Assembly: GCF_006345805.1 (NCBI RefSeq)
Contig: NC_043004.1
Coordinates: 12,214,001 to 12,278,000, forward strand
Direction of reading: 5' to 3'
Length of the DNA stretch: 64,000 nucleotides
Source of the DNA: Octopus sinensis
Lineage: Eukaryota
Position 1 is the stretch's first letter; every line of letters begins with the position of its first letter. Positions 26,616 to 39,233 of this stretch are shown here, one piece after another. A program made the position numbers and the translations under genes. The notes below the pieces were generated by a model. It worked only from the letters and a program-made list of their open reading frames with translations. It made no database searches and was not told where the DNA came from.

Positions 26616-27251
26616 CAAGAGATATGTATTATAGTACTTACATGCGTGTTAAGCATTTGTAGGATTATCTTAACGTTTGTTACAAGATTATCTGATAAGA
26701 AGGAACTCAATACAGAATATTGGGTAATAATTTCTTGTGTGCGTATATCATCATCATCACATCATCATCATCGTTATTTAACGTTCGTTTTTCATGCTGG
26801 CATGGGCTGGATGGTTTGACTGGGGTCTAGGAAGCCAGGAGGCTGTACCAGGCGCCAGTCTGATCTGGCAGTGTTTCTACAGATGGATGCCCTTCCTAAT
26901 GCCAACCAGTCCATGAGTGTAGTGGGTGCTTTTTACGTGCCACTGGCACAGGGGACAGAGCAGGCTGGCAATGGCCACGATCGATATATATAATATATAT
27001 ATATGCATGTGCATATGTATATGTATAAATATATATATGCATGTGTATATATATATATATGCATGTGCATATATATATGTGTATATATATATATACTTTG
27101 ATACTTTGATAGGTTTCGGCCATTATTGGCCCAGGCCATGTCTAACTTAATAGCACCACATATAGCACCACTAACTTAATAGCACCACATATATATATAT
27201 ATATATATGTGCATATATGTATGTATATATATATATATATATGTTTGTATG

Positions 27252-27305
<54 letters not shown>

Positions 27306-27311
<6 letters not shown>

Positions 27312-27511
27312 TGCAGCACGGACTTTGTCAGTGAACAGGTCGCGGATTTTAGCGACGAAAATACTTTGACAAATTAAACTTAAATGTTGAAGTGAATCGA
27401 ACGGCTTTTGTGTGTTTCTTAAATGGCTTAAAAACACCTTCCACGCTGCAATTGTTTTCGTTTCAGCACACGATCTCAGATCAAATTACTTGCCATGCGA
27501 GTACATCTCTG

Positions 27512-27512
<1 letters not shown>
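27306..27512. mobile_element. Non-autonomous DNA-transposon-like repeat in a (TA)n tract; related copy 50855-50991
   Basis: Ends agagatgca.../...tacatctctg resemble a short TIR; two copies share ~90-bp and ~42-bp blocks. Confidence 0.6.
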
Positions 27513-27555
<43 letters not shown>

Positions 27556-27639
27556 ACACATATTATATATATATACATACATATTATAACATACATATAT
27601 ATGTATATATATGTATCTATATATACATATGTCTATATT

Positions 27640-27980
27640 CGGAGACCCCCTTCAGTCACGACACAGACCATGGGATTGCACCTAGAAAGTTACCCTCCTA
27701 GACACAAGTCCGTGCGAGATTGTTTATGGAAGACCAGCAGTCGCCCATGCATACCAGCCTCCCCTCTCCACACCACCAGTGTTATCCAAGGGAAAGACAA
27801 AGGTCGATACAGCTTGGCACCAGTGACGTCGCAACTCATTTCTACAGCTGAGTGAACTGGAGTAACATGAAATAAAGTGCATTGCTCAAGAACACAACAC
27901 GTAGCCCGGTCCGGGATTCGAGCTCACAACCTCACGATCGTAAGCTCGACGCTCTAACCACTGAGCCATGCGCCTTCACA
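27640..27980 (-). mobile_element. tRNA-derived SINE (head B + tail Z); decayed copy 46205-46470(+)
   Basis: Minus strand gaaggcgcatggctcagtggttagagc...ctcgaatccc head, same domain as 26297-26440, different 3' half. Confidence 0.85.
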
Positions 27981-29077
27981 TATGTCTATATATATTATAT
28001 ATATATATATATATATACACTCACACACACACACACACACACACATATATACATTGCTAGTCACTACACATTCTTTATTTTCTCTCCCTGTTTCTTTCTC
28101 TGGTAGAGCATAGGCTCGAAATGTTAAAGACTTTTTCACTTCCTGAGCATTATACTAATGCATTAATTTGTTGTCTACATCACTTGTCTTTGTCTTTTGT
28201 TTTTTTGTGAATTCTCCCTATATATGTATATATATATATATACGTATATATTGATAGAAATGTTAAGACAAAAAAAGAATGAAAGAGACCACGATATTAT
28301 GTAAATAGAGTAATTTATCTGTAAATATAAAATGTGACAATTATTCGGTAGCCATGATAAAAGTCTGAGTTTTGGATGTCGGGGTGGAAACCAATGCTGG
28401 CATCTCGTCAGTTATCAAACCATCGAAAAAATGCTGTCAAATGACAGATACAAGTGAAAAAAAACTATAAAAGATCTTTACATTGGAGAACAACAACAAC
28501 AACATTAATAACAACAATAATAAAAAAAATATATGCGTGAATGAACAATATTCCAGTTTGGCCTCCCAAGGAAATCTGTACCAAATTTATACCAACTATC
28601 TTTACCAAAATTGGATTCTGATTCCAGCTCTTCACAGTATGGATTTTCGCTGTTACATTGCTAAAACGCTAATCCTAATTTAATTGCAGACCATAAATGG
28701 CAACAGATTTCTTTATGTGCTTGTGCAGAAATTTTGATTTTAAGGAAACGAGTATGTTAGAATTTGTAGGAATTATTCTGTGAATAGGGAGAGAAATGGT
28801 TGGCTTTTTTCTCTCATTTGTAAAGAGGAATATTGTTGCATCCAAAACAAAACCAAAACAGAAGAAATGGTAAAATATACAGGATGGTGAGAGGTAAAGA
28901 ATCTAAGAGAAAAATAAAAGTAAAATAAAGGGCAAACAAAAAGGAAATAAAAATATATGTAAAAATAGATTCTATAACAACACAAAAACAACTCAATAAA
29001 GATTATCATGATATTGAAAGTCTGTCTTCAAAACAATATAAAAAAAAGAGAAAATTCAAAACAAATAAAACTATAAT

Positions 29078-29126
<49 letters not shown>

Positions 29127-29658
29127 TACACACACATATATATATGTATGTGCACACACACACACACACACACATTATATATGAATGTATATACATACAA
29201 ATACATGCAATATAACGTTAATAAAATGGAGCCAGTGATTTTATGCTTCTGTATGTGTTGTGGCAGGGAACTTTCTGTTATATTTGTGACAAGAAGTGGT
29301 TCTGACCAAGGGCAAAGAAATAAGTAAGGCTTAACAATGGAAGGGAAGGGTAATGTCTATATTTATCATCATCATCATCACCACTATCATCATTATTATT
29401 ATTTGCTTTTCCGGTTTTTCTTTTTTTCCATTTACTCTTCTATTCCCAACTTAATTAATAAATTTTGAATATTTGCTGTAAGACATTAAACAGATGCTCC
29501 GCCATGCATCTGAGCAGTTCCGTTGTCTGTGAACATTATTATCAAACGAAGAACAAAAATAAGGCACTCTGCCAAAAATTGCTCGCCATTCATTTTATTT
29601 TTTTTTATATATTCTTTCAACCAACATCTGTTTCTGTTAAAGAACATAAGTGCTGTTG

Positions 29659-29705
<47 letters not shown>

Positions 29706-29952
29706 CATTATTATTATTATTTCTTGTTTGAACCCTGATAACTAATTAAAAAAATCATAATCATCGTTATTGCTTTATTTTAAGAGATTTGAATGGCAAT
29801 TTGATAAAGCATCAGGCCTTTGGGTATTTTAGTAAAGTTCCTTTATCTTTGGAGTTCAAATCTCAAGAGAGTTGATTTTTTTTTTTGTCGCATCCTACTT
29901 ATGGTTCAAAAGAATAAGGACTTGTTAAACACCAGGGTCAATATACTAGAGT

Positions 29953-30477
29953 GTGTTACACAGTAGATACAATCCCATGATGCTCCATTGTAAAAGCAAT
30001 CCCATGATGCTCTGCTGTAAATGCAGTCCCATCATGCTTCACTGTAAATACAATCTCATCCTGCTCCACTGCAAATACAATCCCATGATGCTTGTCTCTA
30101 TATGCAATCCCATCTTCCTCCTTGATAAATACATTCCCATGATGCTCCATTGTAAATGCAATCCCATGATGCTCTGCTGTAAATGCAGTCCCATCATGCT
30201 TCACTGTAAATACAATCTCATCCTGCTCAACTGCAAATACAATCCCATGATGCTTGTGTCTATATGCAATCCCATCTTCCTCCTTGATAAATACATTCCC
30301 ATGATGCTCCATTGTAAATGCAATCCCATGATGCTCTGCTGTAAATGCAGTCCCATCATGCTTCACTGTAAATACAATCTCATCCTGCTCTGCTGCAAAT
30401 ACAATCCCATGATGCTTGTCTCTATATGCAATCCCATCTTCCTCCTTGATAAATGCAATCCCATGATGCTCCAGTAA
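29953..30477. repeat. Minisatellite of 27-bp monomers organised as a 162-bp (6-mer) higher-order repeat, 3 copies
   Basis: The translation shows 9-aa monomers and a 54-aa block repeated three times almost exactly. Confidence 0.95.
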
Positions 30478-31389
30478 AGCAGCATCATGTGGTCATTTGA
30501 GCAGCCAAAGGGTCCATTACATCTCCACCCATGATCTTAAAAAGGTGAAGGGCCTTTCAGACAATATTTCCTTTTATTTGTTTCAGCCATTAGACTGAGG
30601 CCATACTGGGGCACCGCCTTGAAGGATTTTAAATCGAATGAATTGATGCCAGTGCTTCTTTTTAAGCGTGGTCCTTATTCTATCAGTCGCTTTTGCTGAA
30701 CCACCAAGTTACAGGTGTGTGTGTGTGTATATGTATGTATGTACATATATGTATGTATGTGTGTATGTGTGTGTGTGTGTGTATACATATGTTAATGTCA
30801 AACAATCAAAATGAGTGTTCAACACTGCATTGGTGGATAGAATTTGTTTATTTGTGAATTAAGGCTACCATTGGTTTCATGTTAAGTAAAATAGGGAAGT
30901 ATCTTAACATCCTAACAATTTTTCAAACCAATCACATCGAGGAACAGTGTTCATCTCTATTTTGAATAAACACAAAATCTCATTGGATTCATGCAAATTA
31001 AGTATGTATGTATATGTATGTATGTATGTATGTGTGTTTGTTCTTCTCACCACCTGACAACTGTTGTTGGTTACATCCCTGTAGCTCAGTGATTCAACAA
31101 AAGAGACTGATGAAATATATTGCAGACTTTAAAAACACAAATTAACTACTGCAGTTGATTTTTTGTCGACTGAACTCCTTCAAGGGGATGCCCTACAATG
31201 GCCACAGTCCAATTACTGAAACAACTAAAAGATAAATTTAAAAAAACAGACCTTTGTACTGACATTCATATTTTTATTTCTTTTGTTTTATTTTATTTTT
31301 TAGACTTTAATACTAATCCTTTTTCGCTTCAGATTCACATTATTGACTGAGACACATCTGTTTAATTAATTTTTATTTATGTTTTTCAG

Positions 31390-31435
31390 GAATAAAGTAA
31401 TTAGATTAAACCTATCGGACATTAACAGTGGTCAT
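31390..31435 (+). CDS. 46-nt coding exon of the same semaphorin-2-like gene
   Basis: gtttttcag acceptor (AG 31388-31389), donor GTAAGT at 31436. The first G completes the AT|G left by the previous exon, giving ...LFVGGM-NKVIRLNLSDINSGH, matching the Sema motif 'LYVGAMDRVFRVNLQNIS'. Confidence 0.85.
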
Positions 31436-31499
31436 GTAAGTAAACATTTACTTAAATGTTGTTTTTATGTTTGCTATTTAATTGATAGTTCCATCCAAC

Positions 31500-31892
31500 C
31501 ACCTCTCAAGCTTCTTTGATAACATCAAACGGCGGTTGGATCGAACTTACACTCGCCTCCTTATGAGAGCTCAAAATCTCTTGTGGAAGCATCATCCAAA
31601 CAAAGTACCAAATATTGGAAACTACCACCTGTATCATCTCTTGCAAAAGGTAGGAGAGTCCAGTGTGCTGGACATTGTTGTAGAGCTGAAAACGAGGCAA
31701 TTTCTACTCTTCTCCTCTGGAAGCCATCTACTCGCGATACCAGAGAGTGCACACTCTTCTACCCTGATGTAATCTCCAGGGATATAGGCATCCAGCAACA
31801 GGACCTCCGTAATGCTATGATGGTCCATGAAGTCTGGCGTAGCATAGTAAATTCCATTGTCTCGACCACGGTCGAACAATGATGATGATGAT
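31500..31892 (+). mobile_element. RTE/RTEX-like LINE 3' fragment with (TGA)n tail
   Basis: KRRLDRTYTRLLMRAQNLLWKHHP / LPPVSS..KGRRVQCAGHCCR..LLLWKP..YPDVISRDIG..DLRNAMM...WR across a frameshift. Confidence 0.8.
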
Positions 31893-31897
31893 TAATT

Positions 31898-32335
31898 GAT
31901 TGGCATCTCTTAATCTCGAAAGACTATGGGTCTGTGCCTTGGATTCGATCAGTGTACCCGTATTGCTTGTGACTGACAAGGCCAATGCGTGAGTGAGAGT
32001 CACAGCCGAAACAGTTGTAAATGTGATTGGTCAGCTGGTCGTTTGTTGGCGGTTCGGTCTTCCTGCATCTCTGTCTGTCCTCTGCTGTCTGACGTGTGTG
32101 ATCTTCTCCTTCAGGCACTCAGCATCTGTTTCAAGCAGAAATGGTCTTTTGCCACGTTCTCCCAGGTTTTAGTATTCATACTCATGGCCTTCATGTCACT
32201 TTTGCACACATCCTTGAAACAGTGATGTGGTCTGCCAGAGTCTACCTCCCCATACAGCATATCTTTCACTAACCTCCCATCCAGCACCCGGTGCACCTGT
32301 CCCAGCCAGTGGAGACGGCATTGCCAGGGTAGTGT
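31898..32335 (-). mobile_element. RTE (BovB-like) LINE 3' fragment, tail-to-tail with the preceding LINE
   Basis: HRVLDGRLVKDMLYGEV..GRPHHCFKDVCKSDMK and a C-terminal zinc-finger remnant CFGCDSHSRIGLVSHK. Confidence 0.85.
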
Positions 32336-33291
32336 GAAAGTAATTAATGGCTATTTAATTAGTGTTTGAATAATTACAGTGGTTGTGTGGTGAGTGGTTT
32401 GCTTTGCAGCTACATAGTTTTGGTTTCAGTCCCTGATCATGGTACCTAGTGCAATTATCTTCTACAATTGCTCCAGGCTGACCACAGTGTTGTTAGTGGA
32501 TTTGGTTGATAAAATTTAAGACACTCTTTGTGTGTGTGTGTGTGTGTGTGTTATTTTGTAGTTTTGACCTTACATGTTAGTTGTAAGCAAGTGTCGTTAT
32601 CAGGCAAAAGGTGTCTTTCATTGCCAATTTTCCATGAAGACATGTCTTTCCATGAGGAAGTAGCCAGACATTTGCTTATACGTAAACAAGCGAGGGTTGA
32701 TGCATAGAAGGCAAGCTTGGAAAATTGGTCATGACATAGATGAGTAGCAGGAAGAGGAGGAGGAGGAAAAGAGTATTTAAAGTCTTGAAAGATTTTTGTT
32801 TGGGCTCATTCAGAGCCCCAAGAGTAGGAGGACCGATTAACTTTTAACGGGGCCTCTGAAACAAGTAGGATGGAGAGAAAGTAAAAAGCCTTAACTTAGC
32901 ATGACTGAAGTAGGAACTAATTTTGGGGGATTTCAAGTTATTCTCAGGTCATGTCTGGTACCAAGGCATTCAGCATCCTGGGTCACTCACACAATATGCC
33001 AACAGCTCCTTGCCTACAATCTGCTGAGCCCTTCATCCAGCCCTCTACTGTACTCCCTTATCTTCCAGTCCTATAATGTACTTCCCTTTCATTCAGACTT
33101 ACAATGTGTACTCTTTCTCACAACCCTGCAAAGTGTGTATATTTGAATATATGTATGTATGTGTGTGTATATATAAATATATATATGTTTTATCTATATA
33201 TATATATATATATATATATATGTAGGTCCCGGGTTGAGTCGGGGTTAACCCACAGTAAATAAGGTACTCAATACATAGCAGAGTAAATTAA

Positions 33292-33406
33292 TTTATTATA
33301 TAGAAGGAGCTTCTACAGGACTAGAACTGTTTCATTCAAAGATGATTCCTGATGATTTCTTTTGAATGAAACAGTTCTAGTCCTGTAGAAGCTCCTTCTA
33401 TATAAT

Positions 33407-33409
<3 letters not shown>
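33292..33409. repeat. Perfect 49-bp inverted repeat with 20-nt spacer
   Basis: 33292-33340 is the exact reverse complement of 33361-33409. Confidence 0.95.
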
Positions 33410-33449
<40 letters not shown>

Positions 33450-36400
33450 CATATATATATATGTATATACCAGGATCTGGAGCCTGGTGCAGCCCCTGGC
33501 TTCCCAGACCCCGGTCAAACCGTCCAACCCGTGTTATCACGGAAAACATACGTTAAACGATGATGATGATGATATATGTATATATATATGTATATATAAA
33601 TATATATACATACAATGGGGTGACACTACCTCCAAACGCTACCCAGAACCTTAAAATAGCCAGGACTATTACCTGATCGAATGGGAGCCCGTGAACTCTT
33701 TTCATTTAGGCCTACACATGTGTAGCTGTAGAGCTTCTAGAACTTGCCCACTATACAGCAACTTTATATATGTGTGCGATAGATAATACACACACACACA
33801 CACCACACAAATCAATAGATAGATAGTCAGACGTTATAAGTTGATGATGCTTCCTCTGTTGTTACTTTGAGTTTTCCATTTCCTTCACAGTTTTCAAAGG
33901 TTTCGATTTCCAATTGAATAACTATATGAACAGATTCAACCATTTTCAGTACTATGTTCTTTTTTATTTATCAAAGTGTACATGTGACTCTCTTTCTAGG
34001 GTACAGAAGCACTAATACTTGCATACATATCTGCATGTATGCATATATGTATATCTTTGTGTATGCATATGTGTACGTAATATTTATATTATATTTATAT
34101 ATACCTATACACGAGTTTGAACATATATACATGTGAATCTGTATGGTCATTACAAGTTTTAATTATTTTTCTGAATATAGTGAAATAATTTTGCAAAAAA
34201 AAAAAAATTTTAATTCAAGAAAAGAAAAAAATGTAGCAGGATCTGAAATCTTTGAGCAACTATGATTGGAGATATAATTGTAGATGGGTGCTTGAGGATC
34301 TGAGAAAGAACCATCCCAATTTTATTATTTAACCACATATATACATTTTTTCTAATAAAATTACTTTTCTTTGTGCACCACCAATATATATACATACATA
34401 TATCCCATAACATTTACATATCTTTACCTGCCATCCTGGATCTTCTGGATAACAATACCTTTCATATATATATATATATATATCATCATCATCATCATCA
34501 TCATCATTGAACGTTTGTTTTCCATGCTAGCATGGGCTGGATGGTTCGACCAGGATCTGGGAAGCCAGGAGGCTGCACCAGGCTCCAGTCTGATCTGGAA
34601 GGGTTTCTACAGCTGGATGCCCTTCCTAATGCCAACCACTCCATGAGTATAGTGGGTACTTTTTACGTGCCACCGGCACAGATGCCAGGGGAGGGTGGCA
34701 ACAGCCATGATCGGTTGGTGCCTTTTACGTTGCCATTGGCACGGAAGCCAACCAAGGTGGTGCTGGCATCAGCCACATTCGGATGGTGCTTTTTAAGTGT
34801 CACCGGCACAGGTATTGCATCTACAATTTCCATTTGATCTTTATTTTTGATGTTGATGTACTTGACTTGATAGGTCTCCTCAAGCACAGCAGGTCATACA
34901 TATATATATATATATGTATATGTAGTGGTTGTATACTGTCAACTCAACGTGGTAGTCCTGTAAAGGGAATCACACCACCGCTTTGCAACCGCTTTGCAAA
35001 TATATGATATTTTCGGTGAAATTTATTCACTGGTTACCAAAATTAGAAATATTGAATTTTTAAATGTCTCAGAGACATGAGCGGTGGTGGGGCGATATAG
35101 TGGTTGTATACTGGTCAACTCAACGTGACAGTCCCGTAAAGGGAATCACACCACTGCTATTTAGCCCTAAGAAGCATCAACTTTTCCTGTCGGCTTTGTT
35201 TTTGTTGATCTTATCTGTAACAGAACAGTAGACTATATACAAAGATAATGAGGGAGAGATAAATAAATGTGTATATTTATGTGTAGGTATATATATGTAT
35301 TTGTATGTAGGTGTCTGTAGTGTTTTGTTCTTTTAGAATGTTTCAGTTATTAGACTGCGGCCATGCTGGGGCTCTGCCTTGAAGAATGTTAGTAGAATGA
35401 GCTGACATCAGTACTTTTTATTTTTTAAGCCTGCTACTTATTCTATCAGTCTCATTTGCCAAACCGCTAAGTTACAAGGACATAAACATACCACCACCAA
35501 TTGCCAAGCAGTGGTGGGGAAAAAACACAAACACACATATATATGACTGGCTTCTTTTAGTTTCTATCTATCAAATCCACTCACAAGGCTTTGGTCGGTC
35601 CAAGGCTGTGGTAGAAGACATTTGCCCAAGGTGCCATGCAGTGGGACTGAACCCAGAACCATGTTGGGAAGCAAGCTTCTTACCACACAGCCACTCCTAC
35701 GCCTGTATGTATGTATATATAAGGGCCGCTGACTATTGTTTCCAGGGCCGCTGACTGGTTCTGGTGCAGGTGGCACATAAAAAGCATCATTTGAGTGTGG
35801 CTGATGCCACTACTGCCTGATTGGCCCTCATGCTGGTGGCACGTAAAAGCACCCACTACACTCTCAGAGTGGTTGGCATTAGGAAGGGCATCCAGCTGTA
35901 GAAACTCTGCCAGATCAGATTGGAGCCTGGTGCAGCCATCTGATTCGCCAGTCCTCAGTCAAACCGTCCAACTGATGCCAGCATGGAAAGCAGATGTTAA
36001 AAGATGATGATGGTGATATGTATATATATATGTGTGTGTGCGTTTATGTATATATGTATATGTGCATGCTTATATGTTTCTCTCTCTATATATATAAATC
36101 CCACCTCCATCAATTCTTTAATTCTTTCATAGCAAAATTATTATTCCGAAAGCTAGCAAGCTAAGATGAAGAACATTAACAGCAAAGAATATATATATTC
36201 TCTTTTTTTGTTGTTGTTGTTGTTGTTACCATTTACTTATCCTTATCCTCTAATTTCAATTCTGACACCTCAATGTTTGTATGTATGACTGTCAACTTAT
36301 TCGCTTTTAAGTTTGTTTTTCTCGGTTTCTTTTATAGTTCTTTGTATTTTCCTTACTTTTTTTTTTCTCCTTAATCAATTTATGTTCAATATTCATACAA

Positions 36401-36494
36401 AATATATGTATCCTATTAAACAGAGAAGCCATTATTGTAAGCTGTAATTTCACTACGTAATATCTTTGACAATCACATAAAGATATGAAGCAAG

Positions 36495-36940
36495 CATATG
36501 TATGTGTATATATATATACATACCTACATATATATATGTGTGTGTGTGTATGTATATGTGTATATATGTACATATGTATACGTATGTGCGTGTATATATA
36601 TATATTTATATATATATATATATATACATATATATGTATATACATATGTATGTATATGTATATACATATGTATGTATATGTATATACAATATGTATGTAT
36701 ATGTATATACATATGCATGTATATGTATATATATATGCATGTATATGTATATATATATGCATGTATATGTATATATATGTATATATATATATAATATATA
36801 TATGTATATATATGTATGTATATATATTATATATATATATGTATATATATATGTAATATATATATTATATATATATGTATATATATATATATGTATATGT
36901 ATATATATATATGTATATGTATATATGTATATATGTATAT

Positions 36941-36990
<50 letters not shown>

Positions 36991-37088
36991 GTATATGTAT
37001 ATATATGTATGTATGTATATGTATATGTATGTATGTATATGTATATATATGTATGTATATGTATATATATATATATATATTATATATT

Positions 37089-37120
<32 letters not shown>

Positions 37121-37200
37121 ATATATATGTATATATTTATATATATATATATGTATATATTTATATATATATATGTATATATTTATGTATATATATATAA
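36495..37200. repeat. ~700-bp compound (TA)/(TATG) microsatellite; similar tracts at 40120-40610, 58400-58870, 61725-62095
   Basis: Direct inspection. Confidence 0.95.
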
Positions 37201-37446
37201 GCACACACAGACATACTGAGATGTGTTCACATCTAATATATAATTCAATTATTTTATTCTATATATTTCTTTTCATTTTTATGCAACATATATTAAAAGT
37301 GGGGGGGGTGTGGTGGGGAAAATAATCGGTTGTGCTTATGTCATAAAATTTACACACACACACACACACACGTGCACTTATGCATACATACTTGTGCATA
37401 TGTTTGTGTATAGGCATATATATGTGTGTATATATATTTATGTGTG

Positions 37447-37480
<34 letters not shown>

Positions 37481-38052
37481 TGCACATACTACTGTGCACA
37501 CACACACAGACACACAAATACACACACGCACATGCGCACAGATATATATATATACACTATCATCATTGTCACTTAACATCTGATTTCCATGCTGGCATGG
37601 GCTGGACAGTTCTGTAGGAACTAGCAAGTCGGAAGATTGCATCAAGCCATACTGTCTGTTTTGGCATATCTTCTATAGATGTATGCCTTCCTATTGCATG
37701 ATACCAGCACCAGTGCTATGTTTTTATTCTCAAAGATATAGACAATTTTTGATGGTATACATTGCTAACAGACATGTATATACATACATATATATGTGTG
37801 CATGTGTATATATATATATTTTTCTACTCTTGACAAAAGGCCCGAAATTTTGGGGGAAGGAGCTAGTCGATTAGATCAACCCCAGAATGCAACTGGTACT
37901 TATTTTATCGACCCCAAATGGATGAAAGGCAATGTTGACTCCGGCAGAATCTGAACTTAGAATATAAAGACAGACGAAATACTGCTAAGCATTTTGCCTG
38001 GCATGCTAATGTTTCTGCCAGCTCGCCGCCTTTCTATATATATCCATCTAAG

Positions 38053-38141
<89 letters not shown>

Positions 38142-39197
38142 GGGGGAGAGAGAGAGAAAGGAAGCAGAAATTAAGATCCAGTGAGATGCAGGTCACATTG
38201 ATAATCTTAGTAATATCATCATCTTCATCAACATCATTCTCATACCCATTACAGCTATCATCATCATCATCATCATAATTGTCATTGTCACTGTCATTGC
38301 AATCACCGTCATTATCCTCACCATCAATACCATTTCCACCGTGTTATTTGGAGGTACTTCATTAACATTCATCACATGTAAAAAAGCACTAATTAGTGAC
38401 AAATCTTGGTTTACACTGCTTTTGACTTCTAATTTCAATGTCAATTGGCAACAACATTTTTATTTCGGTGCGAATAAATCTAAACAACATCTCAATTAGT
38501 AAAAAAAAAAAAAAAAAAAAAGCCAGGTTAGCCTATGGCGGTGGGAAGGGTGTGAGGCGTGTTATAGAGAAACAGAGGTGGTTGCGGGGATGTGAAAATA
38601 TGTGGAGCATTTTTGCAGACATGATTGTACAGGTAAGAATTTAGCTTTGCAAAGGTATGGCTTCAGGTCCAGTCCCCTTATGGGGTGTCATGTCTGTCTG
38701 TCTGTTCTACCATAGCCCTTGGCTGACCCCTGCTTTGGGAGCAGATTTGGTAAACAGAAACTGAAAGAACCGATATTATCAATATATATACTTTATACAT
38801 GCATGTGTGTGTATTCATGCATATATATATATATATATAAATATATATGTATGTAAAGGTGCATGGCTCAGTGGTTAGAGCATTGAGCTTACGATATAAC
38901 TCCCAATAAATGTGTTTTGAGTACCGTTCTTTGTCTATTCACTGATATATATATAATGTATGTGTGTGTATATGTAGGCATGGCTTTGTAGTATATAGTT
39001 TGCTTCACAGCCACATGGTTCCAGGTTCAGTCTCATTGCATGGCACCTTGAGCAAGAGTCTTCTCCTATAGCTCTGGGCTGACCAATCTCTAGTGAAAGG
39101 ATTTGGCAGACAGAAACTGAGAGAAGCCTGTCGTATATGCATATATATATATATATATGTGTGTATGTGTGTGTGTGTCTGTCTGTCTGTCTGTTTG

Positions 39198-39233
<36 letters not shown>

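Larger units (their letters stand above)
10409..31389 (+). other. ~21-kb GT-AG intron (phase 2) between the two semaphorin exons
   Basis: GT at 10409, AG at 31388-31389; joining keeps the frame and a contiguous Sema motif. Confidence 0.75.

Noticed and set aside
27108-27140. GGCC..GGCC-GAAAC on the minus strand, a possible hammerhead half
   Set aside because: No CTGANGA box or stem I nearby.
36307-37325. Long Y/I/C/V/M/H/T-rich ORFs (also near 40.0-40.7, 58.3-58.9 and 61.2-62.2 kb)
   Set aside because: Translations of (TA)/(TG)/(GATA) microsatellites, which lack stop codons by composition.
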